64,000 nucleotides of DNA, from contig JBGAIQ010000002.1 in NCBI GenBank assembly GCA_044225365.1, positions 64,001 to 128,000 of the forward strand, read 5' to 3'. Below, piece after piece: positions 42,336 through 50,979 of the stretch. A model generated the notes under the pieces. It did not search any database. It was not told the origin of the DNA and saw only the letters and a list, made by a program, of their open reading frames with translations. Numbering within the stretch: the first letter of the stretch is position 1; the number at the start of each line of letters is the position of its first letter. This stretch comes from Planctomycetota bacterium. Lineage in GTDB: Bacteria; Planctomycetota; B15-G4; JADJEK01. Position numbers and translations under genes: made by a program.

Positions 42336-42418
42336 GGGATCTCCTCAGGAACGATCGATGTTCGAACAGGCCAGGCGAACGATTCCACGTCCGCAGCCGA
42401 TCCGCTCGCGATTCGAGC

Positions 42419-43513
42419 TCAGCTCCGAGCCCTACGGTAGAACGGAAGGGGGACGATTTGAATCGGCGCGGACTGTCCGCGCAAGTCTACAGCGAGGGGT
42501 CGCTTCGCGTCGAGGGCTGCGTTGGCCACATAGGCCGTGCCGATGTTCTTGCCGACGACCGGCGAGAACGTGCCGCTCCGCACGTCGCCCACCACGTGCG
42601 GACCATCGACGATCGCGTATCCGGTGCGCGGAACGCGCTTGTCGTCGGATGTGAATCCGACGAGCGATCGCGGTGCGGCGTGCGCCGCGAGGTCGCGCAG
42701 TGCCTCGCCGCCCACGAACGCGAAGCTCTTCTTCACCGCCCACATCAGGCCGGCCTCGAGCGGAGTCGTCGAGTCGTCGATCTCATGGCCATAGAGCGGC
42801 ATGCCGGCTTCGAGGCGGAGCGTGTCCCGCGCGCCGAGACCGATCGGCGTGATTCCGTGCGGCGCCCCGAGCTCGCACATCCGCTCCCACACGGCCTCGG
42901 CCTGCGAACTCGGGAAGTACATCTCGAATCCGTCCTCGCCGGTGTAGCCCGTGCGAGAGACCATCACGTTCGGCAGGTCACAGAACTCGTCGTAGAAGAA
43001 GTGGTAGTACTTCAACGTTCCGGGATCGCGCTTCGTCAGCGGGCGCATCACTTCGAGCGAGCGCGGACCCTGGATCGCGATCATCGCGAGCGATTCCGAG
43101 AGGTCCTCGATCGTCACTCCGGTTCCTGCGGCGTTTCCTCGCACCCACGCGAGATCGCGGTTGCGATTCCCGGCGTTGAAGCAGACGAACACGCTGTTCT
43201 CCTCGCGATACACCAGCACGTCGTCGATCGTCGTTCCGTCCTCGCGCAGGAGCAGACCGTACTTGATCGCGCCGATCTTCAGATTGGCCGCGTCCGAGGT
43301 GACGAGCCGGTCGACGAACGCGACCGCGTCGGTGCCCGTCACGCGCAGTCGACCCATGTGGCACAGATCGAAGAGCCCACCGGCCTTTCGCACGGTGCGG
43401 GCTTCGTCGAGGATCGACGTGTACTGCACCGGCATGTGGAAGCCGGAGAAGTTGACCATCCGCGCGCCGCGGCGTTCGTGAGCGGAGGAGAGAGGCGTAC
43501 GGATCGCGGTCAT
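42419..43513 (-). CDS. gcvT: Glycine cleavage system aminomethyltransferase T
   Basis: MPVQY, LFDLCHMG, SRTGYTGEDGFE, GLGARDTLRLEAGMPLYG. Confidence 0.96.
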   Translation of the reverse strand: MTAIRTPLSSAHERRGARMVNFSGFHMPVQYTSILDEARTVRKAGGLFDLCHMGRLRVTGTDAVAFVDRLVTSDAANLKIGAIKYGLLLREDGTTIDDVLVYREENSVFVCFNAGNRNRDLAWVRGNAAGTGVTIEDLSESLAMIAIQGPRSLEVMRPLTKRDPGTLKYYHFFYDEFCDLPNVMVSRTGYTGEDGFEMYFPSSQAEAVWERMCELGAPHGITPIGLGARDTLRLEAGMPLYGHEIDDSTTPLEAGLMWAVKKSFAFVGGEALRDLAAHAAPRSLVGFTSDDKRVPRTGYAIVDGPHVVGDVRSGTFSPVVGKNIGTAYVANAALDAKRPLAVDLRGQSAPIQIVPLPFYRRARS

Positions 43514-43600
43514 GGGTGCGGCTGCTTTCTGGCTCGGGGAGCGCACCTTTCAACCGGACCGCCGCCTCGAGTGCAAGCGGAAAAGACCGGGGGCGGACGC

Positions 43601-44104
43601 TCAGCCGTCGAACAGGTCTTCCGCGCGAGACCAGTCCAGGCCCTCGATGTCGTCGCGTCCGATGGGCGGCAGCACGCGAAAGCGATCACGCTCCGCCTGC
43701 GATGCGAAGTCGTCGTGAACGCTCTGGCGGGCTCGATTGACGACCGGGCCACGAAGTGGCGCGCGCACCCCTGTTCCGGGCTCGTCCCAGATCGGCTGAT
43801 AGAACCGTTGCGCGAGTTCGAGGAGCGCGTCCTCGGGGAGGTCTTCCGTCGCGAACCGATAGGGATCGAGATAGCGGGCGAGCGCGAATTCGCGGCGAGC
43901 ACGGTCGAACCGCGACAGCCGCATGAAGATCTTCCCGAGGAGGAGATGCGCCGAGAAACTCGGTCCGCCGTACGCGAGGCACTGCTGCACGTGATCCGAA
44001 GCGCGAGCGAACTGTCCGCCGCGATACAGGCTGCGTCCCCGCACGAGATGGATCGCGGCGAGAACGCGGTGGAGCAATCTGGAGAATCGGCGGAAGGCAG
44101 TCAT
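43601..44104 (-). CDS. Small TPR-containing hypothetical protein
   Basis: GRSLYRGGQFARA..AHLLLGKIFMRLSRFDRARREF TPR pair; divergent from the Mgl module. Confidence 0.7.
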   Translation of the reverse strand: MTAFRRFSRLLHRVLAAIHLVRGRSLYRGGQFARASDHVQQCLAYGGPSFSAHLLLGKIFMRLSRFDRARREFALARYLDPYRFATEDLPEDALLELAQRFYQPIWDEPGTGVRAPLRGPVVNRARQSVHDDFASQAERDRFRVLPPIGRDDIEGLDWSRAEDLFDG

Positions 44105-44204
44105 CGGTTTCACCGCGGGACTGGAACGATCGTAACAGAACTCGCCACGCCCCGCAGTCGCTTTGACGCGCCATCGCGCGAGAATGTCCCGAAGAGAATC
44201 TTCA

Positions 44205-44231
44205 AAAGCAGCGGGGGGTGAAAACCGATAG
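44205..44231 (+). promoter_or_regulatory. Sigma-28 (FliA/WhiG)-like promoter
   Basis: AAAG-N15-ACCGATAG versus consensus TAAA-N15-GCCGATAA. Confidence 0.5.
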
Positions 44232-44375
44232 GGACAGGGAAAGAACAGACGAGGGGGTACGTCGGGCCCGAGGCGTCGAGCGATCGCCTGCGATGTGCGT
44301 TCCGAGCAGGACCGCAGCGATTCGATGACGCCAATGGCGCGGTAACCCGAAGCCCTTCAACGGTCTGCCCGAAAC

Positions 44376-47300
44376 ATGCCACTCCGCGGCGAACTCGACA
44401 GCGTCGATCTCGCGCACGTCTTCCAGATGCTGGTGCTCAACGAGAAGGCGGGCACCTTGGAGATCGTGCATGAGGGAGCCAAGCGTCACCTGTACTTCGG
44501 CCCGGGCGGAGTGCAGATCCGATGCGATCGCAGTCTCGTCGAGGAGCGAGTCGTTCGCGGACTCGTTCGCGTCGGGCGGCTGAACCCGAAGGACCTCGAG
44601 AAGGCCCGATGCAACGCATCGATGTCCCGCAAGGAGATCCTCGACACGCTCGTGGAGATGGGGCTCCTCGACGCGAACGATCGCGAACATGCGATGAAAG
44701 CCGAGCACGAGGAAGAGGTCTACGAGCTCTTCTTCCTTCGAGGCGCCACGTTCGAGTTCCGCGACAAGGAGACCCCTCAAGGGCTCCCGGAGCCCCCGAT
44801 CGTGTTGTCCGCCCACGGCCTCGTGATCGAAGCGGCGCGGCGCGTCGACGAGTGGTCGTACATCCAGCAGCACGTCCACTCCGGCACGGACATCTTCGAG
44901 CGCGCGTGCGATCTCTCGAAGTTCGACGAGCGCGAGCGCACTCCGGAATTGGAATCGGTCCAAGCGGCGCTCGATGGCGTGTCGACCGTCGACGAAGTGA
45001 TCGCGACCACCGGGATCTGTCGATTCCTCGTCTTCCGCCAGATCGCATTGCTCTCCGAACGGGGCGCGGCGAGCCTCGTCCCGGCAAACGTTCTCGTCGA
45101 ACGTTCGGTGCAACTCGTCGCTGCGGATCGCTTGATCTCCGCGGCGAACTGCCTCGAACGCGCGATCGAGGACGGCATCAAGAGCATCGAGGTCTACACC
45201 CGCCTCGGGCAATGCCTCGAATCCCTCGGCCGGATCTCGCGCGCCGCACAACGCTACTTCGACGCGGCCCAGATCGCGGAGCGCGACGAGAAGTTCGACT
45301 CGGCGATCGCGCTCTACTTACGAGTGCGTGAACTCCTGCCGACTCGAATCGACGCGCGCCTGCGTCTCTTCGCAATGCGTGAACGAGTTCAGCGCTGCGC
45401 ACCCGCCAGCGTCTACGACACCGAGGTCGAGGGCAAGGAACTCACGCGTGTCCTGCACGAACTCGGACGCCGCGGCGACGTCCAGGCGGTGCTCGCCGGG
45501 CTGATGGAATTCGCTGGCGACGAACCCGCGCGACTCGAACGCGTTGGCGACCTCGCCGGGATGGTGGGGCAGCGCGCGGTCGCGGTCGAGTCGCTGCTGC
45601 GCGCGAGTGATCGACGCCAGAAGCAGGGCGATCTCGCCGGAGCGCTCCACACCCTGCGACGGGCACAGACGCTCGAGCCGTCGCGCGAAGAGTTGACGGC
45701 ACGCGTGCGGTCGCTGCAGAGCGTCCTCTTCGATCGTCGCGATCGGCGCCGTTCGACGATGCGCGCGCTCGCGATGGCTCTCGGGTTCTGCCTGCTGTTC
45801 GTCGTGTACGGCCAATATTCGAAGGCCGCACTCGATGCCTACGGCCAGTACTCGATCGAGGACTTCATCGCCGCGAAGGACTTCGAACGCGGCAAGGATC
45901 ACTACGAATCGATCCGCGGCCGGTACCCGCTCACGATCCCGTTCCTGCTCGCCGGGGAGAAGATCCGCGAACTCGAGATCCACGAGCGGCACAACGCCGA
46001 GATCGAAGACTATCGGCGGCAGGTGCAGGGCGAACAGGCTGCGACGAATCTGAAGCAGGCCAAGTCGCTGCGCGACGCCGCGCTCGAGGCGCGCCATTCG
46101 GGCGACTATCGGAAGTCTCTCGATCTGCTGCGTCGCGCGAAGACCTATTGCGGCGGGAAGGACCCGCTCGAACTAGTCGATGCGATCAAGTCCCTCGAGG
46201 ACTACCTGGCCCAGGCGGCGCGGCTGCGCAGCGAGGCGCAGTTCTTCCGCAATGCGGGTCGATTCGAGGAGGCGCACGATCGCCTCGTCGAACTGCTTCA
46301 GAAGTACAAGAACGCGCCCGATCTCGACGACATCCTCCTGCCCGTGAAATTCGAGACGAAGCCGGACGGGGCGAGGATCCGCATCGAAGGCAAGGCTCTA
46401 CGCAGCGGCGAGGGCGCGACGAGCGTCGAAGCCGAGACGCCGTTCGTCGTCGATCTCCCCGCCGATCGCTCGGTCGACGTCGAACTCGTCCACGACGGAT
46501 TCGTTCCCTACACGTTGCGACTCGATGCTCGCGACACCGGCCGCCTCGCCGTGACGCTGCCGCAACGGCCATCCCTCGAGGCTTTCCTGCCGCGCGCGGT
46601 CGCTCAGCCCTTCGTCTCCGACGGATCCGATCTCTACGTCGCACTCGAGAACGGACGGATCTCCTCCCTGAACGCAGCGACCCTCGAGGTGAAGTGGACG
46701 CGCGAGCTACCCGAGCTCGCGGAGATCGCGGCTCCGCTCGCGATCGACGAGAAATCGTTGTTCGTACCCGCCAGCCCGCATCAGATCGTGCGACTGTCGC
46801 GCAAGGATGGCTCGGCGTTCCAACGCATCGACCTCCCCGATCGACCCGCTTCGGCACCGGTGCTGCTCGAGGGCCGCATCGCCGTGCGCTGCGTCGGCGG
46901 TCGCCTCGCTCTCGGTAGCGTCGATTCGAACGTCCTGGAAGTCGTGAACCTCCCATCGCCTGCGATCCTCGGACCTCTCCTGCTCCCGGGGTCCCGCCTC
47001 GCCGTCGTGTGCGAAGATGGTCGGGTCTGGGTCCGCAGCTTCGACGGCACGCTCAGCGCGCTTCGCGGATCCGAACTGCCGATCGGACGCGTCACGGCGA
47101 TGGCCGCCGACGACACCACCCTGTGGCTCGGTGACGACACGGGTTCGCTATTCGTCTTCGACGCCGGTGACCAAGCCTATCGCTGCTCCCTGCGCGTGTT
47201 CGACGGAGCCCCGATCGATCGGATCAGTCCCGATCGCGAACTTCCCGCCGTGGGCGCGGGCAATCGGATCGCGGTGGTCGATTGTCGTTCGAATCGGGTG

Positions 47301-47525
47301 AGCGACGCGATCGACGACGGCGCTGCGCTCGCGGAGTCCTCCGGGAAGTACCTTGCCGCGATCGCGATCGACGGAACCGTTCGAATCCTCGAGCGTGGTC
47401 ATCTGAAGACGATCGCAAGTTTCGCCTGCGGGGAGAAGCTCCTTCCGGTCGGCGCCCTGAAGGGCGAGCAGGGCTGGTTCGCTGCGGCCGGCGGTCGCGT
47501 GCTCGGGGTTCGCGTCCCCGATTGA
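44376..47525 (+). CDS. DUF4388(PATAN-like)-TPR-TM-TPR-PEGA-PQQ-like beta-propeller membrane protein
   Basis: LRGELDSVDLAHVFQML..KAGTLEI and LVIEAARRVDEW (DUF4388); TPRs; TM ALAMALGFCLLFVVY; ETKPDGARIRIEG (PEGA); LYVALENGRISSLNAATLEVKW (propeller). Confidence 0.8.
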   Translation: MPLRGELDSVDLAHVFQMLVLNEKAGTLEIVHEGAKRHLYFGPGGVQIRCDRSLVEERVVRGLVRVGRLNPKDLEKARCNASMSRKEILDTLVEMGLLDANDREHAMKAEHEEEVYELFFLRGATFEFRDKETPQGLPEPPIVLSAHGLVIEAARRVDEWSYIQQHVHSGTDIFERACDLSKFDERERTPELESVQAALDGVSTVDEVIATTGICRFLVFRQIALLSERGAASLVPANVLVERSVQLVAADRLISAANCLERAIEDGIKSIEVYTRLGQCLESLGRISRAAQRYFDAAQIAERDEKFDSAIALYLRVRELLPTRIDARLRLFAMRERVQRCAPASVYDTEVEGKELTRVLHELGRRGDVQAVLAGLMEFAGDEPARLERVGDLAGMVGQRAVAVESLLRASDRRQKQGDLAGALHTLRRAQTLEPSREELTARVRSLQSVLFDRRDRRRSTMRALAMALGFCLLFVVYGQYSKAALDAYGQYSIEDFIAAKDFERGKDHYESIRGRYPLTIPFLLAGEKIRELEIHERHNAEIEDYRRQVQGEQAATNLKQAKSLRDAALEARHSGDYRKSLDLLRRAKTYCGGKDPLELVDAIKSLEDYLAQAARLRSEAQFFRNAGRFEEAHDRLVELLQKYKNAPDLDDILLPVKFETKPDGARIRIEGKALRSGEGATSVEAETPFVVDLPADRSVDVELVHDGFVPYTLRLDARDTGRLAVTLPQRPSLEAFLPRAVAQPFVSDGSDLYVALENGRISSLNAATLEVKWTRELPELAEIAAPLAIDEKSLFVPASPHQIVRLSRKDGSAFQRIDLPDRPASAPVLLEGRIAVRCVGGRLALGSVDSNVLEVVNLPSPAILGPLLLPGSRLAVVCEDGRVWVRSFDGTLSALRGSELPIGRVTAMAADDTTLWLGDDTGSLFVFDAGDQAYRCSLRVFDGAPIDRISPDRELPAVGAGNRIAVVDCRSNRVSDAIDDGAALAESSGKYLAAIAIDGTVRILERGHLKTIASFACGEKLLPVGALKGEQGWFAAAGGRVLGVRVPD

Positions 47526-47576
47526 CGCGGGGCGGTGGGAGCCGCGGCTCCGCTCCCCGAATCCTGGAATCACCCA

Positions 47577-47603
47577 CAAGCAGGCGGCCCGATGTTCCGA
47601 TAA
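47577..47603 (+). promoter_or_regulatory. Sigma-28 (FliA/WhiG)-like promoter
   Basis: CAAG-N15-TCCGATAA, 50 nt upstream of ATG 47654. Confidence 0.55.
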
Positions 47604-47653
47604 GGGAGATGGACCGGGCGCGGCGGCGTCGTGCGGGTCATAGCGGAGTCGTC

Positions 47654-48796
47654 ATGGGATTCCTGGATTTCTCGAGGCAGAAGATGCGACTGGCGAGACT
47701 GCGCAAGCAGCTCGAAGCAGAGCCGCGTCCGCACGCACTCGCCGAGTTGGCGCGATCGTATCTCGCTCTCGGTGAGCGCGAGCTGGCGGAGGAAGTGCTG
47801 CAACTCGCCGAGCGATGCTTCCCGGACTCGGATAGCGTTCGTCGCGTTCGCAGTGGATTGCTCCGCGGCGCCGATCTCGATGGACGCCTCCAGCAAGCCA
47901 AGGAAGCGGTTCGCACGCGCCCGTCGGTCGCGGCCTGGCTCGAACTCGCGGACGCCTATCGCGCGGTCGGGCGAGACGACCAATACGGCGCGACCCTGCG
48001 CGAGGCGTTCGAGCGGTTCCAAGAGGACACCACGGTCCTCATGCAGATGGGTGAGCTGCGCTATCGCCGCTTCCTCGAGAGTCTCGCGACTCCCGACGGC
48101 AAGGCAGCGCTCGAACTCTACCAACGCGCGATCCATGCCGATCGCGACAATCTGAAGGCGCGCTTCCAGTTCGCCGAGCTCCTCTACCGAATCGGCGCGG
48201 TGCGCAGTGCGGCGGCGCAGCTCGAGAAGCTCGTCACGATCGCTCCCGAGCACGATCGCGCGGCGAGGCTCCTCCTCGCGATCGGCGAGTTGAAGGCGGT
48301 TCCCGGGGAGTCGAAGGCCAAGCCCTCGGCCGAGCCGTCGATCGATGCCAGCGAAGACCTCTTGTCGCTGTTCGCGCGCGTCGAGGAGCGCATGGAGCTT
48401 CCGAACGCGCGCCTGCCGTGGGAACCGGTGACGTCGTCCCCGATCACGCCGAGTTCGACCACCGACGATCCATCGACCGAGGTCGAACGCCTCGCGAACG
48501 AGTCGCTCGCGAAACAGGTCGTGTACTTCGATCCGAGCGGCGGCATGCACGCGCGACGCTGCGAGCCCGAACTCGCCGACGGCGTGCATCGCATCTCCGA
48601 GGCCTGTCAACGCGCGGCGCGGGGGATGGAGCTCGGCACGCCCTCACGGTTCACGATCGAGTGTGAAGGCGGCTCGTTGGTCCTCGAGATGAAGCGCGGA
48701 TGTGCGATCGGTCTCCTGATGCCCGCGAAGGCGCCGCTCGAAGGCGCAGCCACGTCGGCGCGCGATTCGCTCGAACGAATGTCGCGAGGTGCATGA
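47654..48796 (+). CDS. TPR protein with C-terminal roadblock/LC7-like domain
   Basis: TPR helices (AWLELADAYRAVGR; ARFQFAELLYRIG); C-terminal VVYFDPSG..RAARGMELG..FTIECEGGSLVL roadblock-like pattern; GGAG RBS. Confidence 0.7.
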   Translation: MGFLDFSRQKMRLARLRKQLEAEPRPHALAELARSYLALGERELAEEVLQLAERCFPDSDSVRRVRSGLLRGADLDGRLQQAKEAVRTRPSVAAWLELADAYRAVGRDDQYGATLREAFERFQEDTTVLMQMGELRYRRFLESLATPDGKAALELYQRAIHADRDNLKARFQFAELLYRIGAVRSAAAQLEKLVTIAPEHDRAARLLLAIGELKAVPGESKAKPSAEPSIDASEDLLSLFARVEERMELPNARLPWEPVTSSPITPSSTTDDPSTEVERLANESLAKQVVYFDPSGGMHARRCEPELADGVHRISEACQRAARGMELGTPSRFTIECEGGSLVLEMKRGCAIGLLMPAKAPLEGAATSARDSLERMSRGA

Positions 48797-49155
48797 TGCG
48801 CGAGATCCTCACGGAGCTTCGAAAGCAGATCGGCGTGCGGGGATCGCTCCTCGTATCGCGCGATGGAGTGATCGTCGCCACCGAGCTCGGTGACGGCCTC
48901 GATCCCGAATCGGTGGCCGCGCTGACGTCGCAAGTGATCGCGGAGGCGACTCGCGCCGCGGAGAAGCTGTCGTTGAAGAGCATCCGTCGAATGATGCTGA
49001 CGTCGAGCTTCGGACGGTTGTTGTTCGAACCCCTCGGCGAGCTCGTGCTCGTCGTCGCAACCGAGCCAGGGCTCGACCTCGAGCACCTGCTCCTCGAGAT
49101 CGCGCGTCCAGCGCGCCGGATTCGCGAACAGTCGCGCCTCGATTCCACGACCTGA
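48793..49155 (+). CDS. Roadblock/LC7 domain protein (MglB/MglC-like)
   Basis: GVRGSLLVSRDGVIVA..VAALTS pattern; ATGA-coupled, GAGG RBS. Confidence 0.9.
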   Translation: MMREILTELRKQIGVRGSLLVSRDGVIVATELGDGLDPESVAALTSQVIAEATRAAEKLSLKSIRRMMLTSSFGRLLFEPLGELVLVVATEPGLDLEHLLLEIARPARRIREQSRLDSTT

Positions 49156-49199
49156 GATCCAAGAGTTCCCGAAGGCTGCAGAGGCAACAGGCACACACC

Positions 49200-50441
49200 A
49201 TGGTTCAGATCAACTTCGCCCGTAAGGAGATCAACTGCAAGCTCGTCTACTACGGACCCGGGATGTCCGGCAAGACGACGAACCTCGAAATGGTCCACAA
49301 GCGGACCCCGGAAGCCCACAAGGGCGACCTCACGTCGATCTCGACCGATGGCGATCGCACGCTCTTCTTCGACTTCATGCCGCTCGATCTCGGCGAGATC
49401 GCGGGGATGAAGACGAAGTTCCACCTCTACACCGTCCCCGGCCAGGTGTACTACAACTCGACGCGCAAGCTCGTGCTGAATGGCGCCGATGGCGTCATCT
49501 TCATCGCCGACTCCTCGCGCTCGAAGCTGCAGGAGAATCGCGAATCGCTCGAGAACCTGCGCGAGAACCTCGCCGAGATGGGCAAGGAGTACGCGAAGTT
49601 CCCGATCGTGCTGCAGTGGAACAAGCGCGACATCGAGGATGCGATGCCGGTCGAGGAGCTCGAACGCGAGCTCAACCCGATGCGCTTCCCGACGGTCGAG
49701 GGAATCGCGGCGAAGGGTGAAGGCGTCTTCCAGACCCTGAAGCTGCTGTCCGCCAAGGTGCTCGCCAGCATCAACTCGACGGAGCGCATCGGTCTTTCCG
49801 GCGCGGCTCTCGGCGGTGCGCGCGGCGGCTCCGCACCTCCGACGCCGATGGGCAACGGACCCGATTCGGGTCGCATTCGTTCGCCGAGTCCTCCGTCTGG
49901 CACGTTGCGCATCGAGCGCAACGAAGTCGGCGCAGCGACGTGTGAGGCCGCAGCCGTCTCCGGCAAGCGCGAGGCCACCGCGCCTGCGGCTCCCGCGCCG
50001 GCCGCGGCGCCAGTGAAGCCCGCGATCGCGCCCGCTGCGCAAGCCAAACCCGCGCTAGCGTCGAGCCCGCTCGAGAGCGTCGGGGGTGCCGGTCGCGCAC
50101 CGACTCCGGACACGCCTTCCTCGGCCGGTCGCCTCGCGGCGAGCCGCCCGAGCTCGGGGCCGGCGAGTAGCGTCGTCGCAGCCAATCCACCTTCACGCAC
50201 CGTGTCTCAAGAACCTGCGCGCGTCTCCACCGACAGCGCCTTGATCGCGAGCATGGCGAAGCGGGCGACCCCGCAACAGCGTGTGCAAGCTCCGTCCAGC
50301 CTCTCCCAGGGAGTGCGAGTGATCGGAGCGCTGCCGCGTCGCGAGCCGGAGAGCAGCACCTCGCTCAAGACGTTCTTCACGTTCGGACTGATCGTCGCGG
50401 CCGCCGCGGGCGCGGCGACGTGGTTCCTGCTGCATCGCTAA
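49200..50441 (+). CDS. mglA: MglA-family small GTPase with long Pro/Ala/Ser linker and C-terminal TM anchor
   Basis: INCKLVYYGPGMSGKTTNL, DRTLFFDF, YTVPGQ, NKRD; tail FFTFGLIVAAAAGAATWFLLHR. Confidence 0.93.
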   Translation: MVQINFARKEINCKLVYYGPGMSGKTTNLEMVHKRTPEAHKGDLTSISTDGDRTLFFDFMPLDLGEIAGMKTKFHLYTVPGQVYYNSTRKLVLNGADGVIFIADSSRSKLQENRESLENLRENLAEMGKEYAKFPIVLQWNKRDIEDAMPVEELERELNPMRFPTVEGIAAKGEGVFQTLKLLSAKVLASINSTERIGLSGAALGGARGGSAPPTPMGNGPDSGRIRSPSPPSGTLRIERNEVGAATCEAAAVSGKREATAPAAPAPAAAPVKPAIAPAAQAKPALASSPLESVGGAGRAPTPDTPSSAGRLAASRPSSGPASSVVAANPPSRTVSQEPARVSTDSALIASMAKRATPQQRVQAPSSLSQGVRVIGALPRREPESSTSLKTFFTFGLIVAAAAGAATWFLLHR

Positions 50442-50463
50442 AGAGGGATGGGAGGCCAAACCA

Positions 50464-50967
50464 ATGACCACCGACAAGATGCTGCGTGAATCACGGCTCG
50501 TGTTCTACAAGGACCTGATCGATCAGGTCGATCGCATCCTCGGCGAGTTCCTGCGCAAAGCCGGAGCCCGCACGGCGATCCTCGTCGACAAGGACGGACA
50601 CCTCATCACTCGCGCGGGTGAGCTCGGTTCGTTCGATCCCGACACGATCTCGGCGCTCGTCGCGAACGCGTTCGCCGCGACTCGCGAGATGGCGAAGTTG
50701 CTCGGCGAACGCGAGTTCTCCGCACTCTTCCATCAGGGCGCGCACGACAACATCCAGCTCTCGCTGGTAGGCGACCGCGCGATCCTCACGGTCCTCTTCG
50801 ACGACCAGACGACGCTCGGCATGGTGCGCCTCTACGTCAGCGAAGCCGTGAAGCGGATCTCCGATCTGTTCGACCGCGCGCAGAAGTCGATCCACGGCCA
50901 CTCCGAGGCGATCGATCCGCACTACAACGCGGACGCGCAGGCCGCGCTCGACAAGCTGTTCTCCTGA
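50464..50967 (+). CDS. mglB: MglB GTPase-activating roadblock protein
   Basis: AILVDKDGHLI..AKLLGEREF..FHQG..LFDDQTTLGMVRL and C-terminal helix LDKLFS, resembling Myxococcus MglB; GGAGG RBS. Confidence 0.9.
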   Translation: MTTDKMLRESRLVFYKDLIDQVDRILGEFLRKAGARTAILVDKDGHLITRAGELGSFDPDTISALVANAFAATREMAKLLGEREFSALFHQGAHDNIQLSLVGDRAILTVLFDDQTTLGMVRLYVSEAVKRISDLFDRAQKSIHGHSEAIDPHYNADAQAALDKLFS

Positions 50968-50979
50968 TCGGGGACCGAG

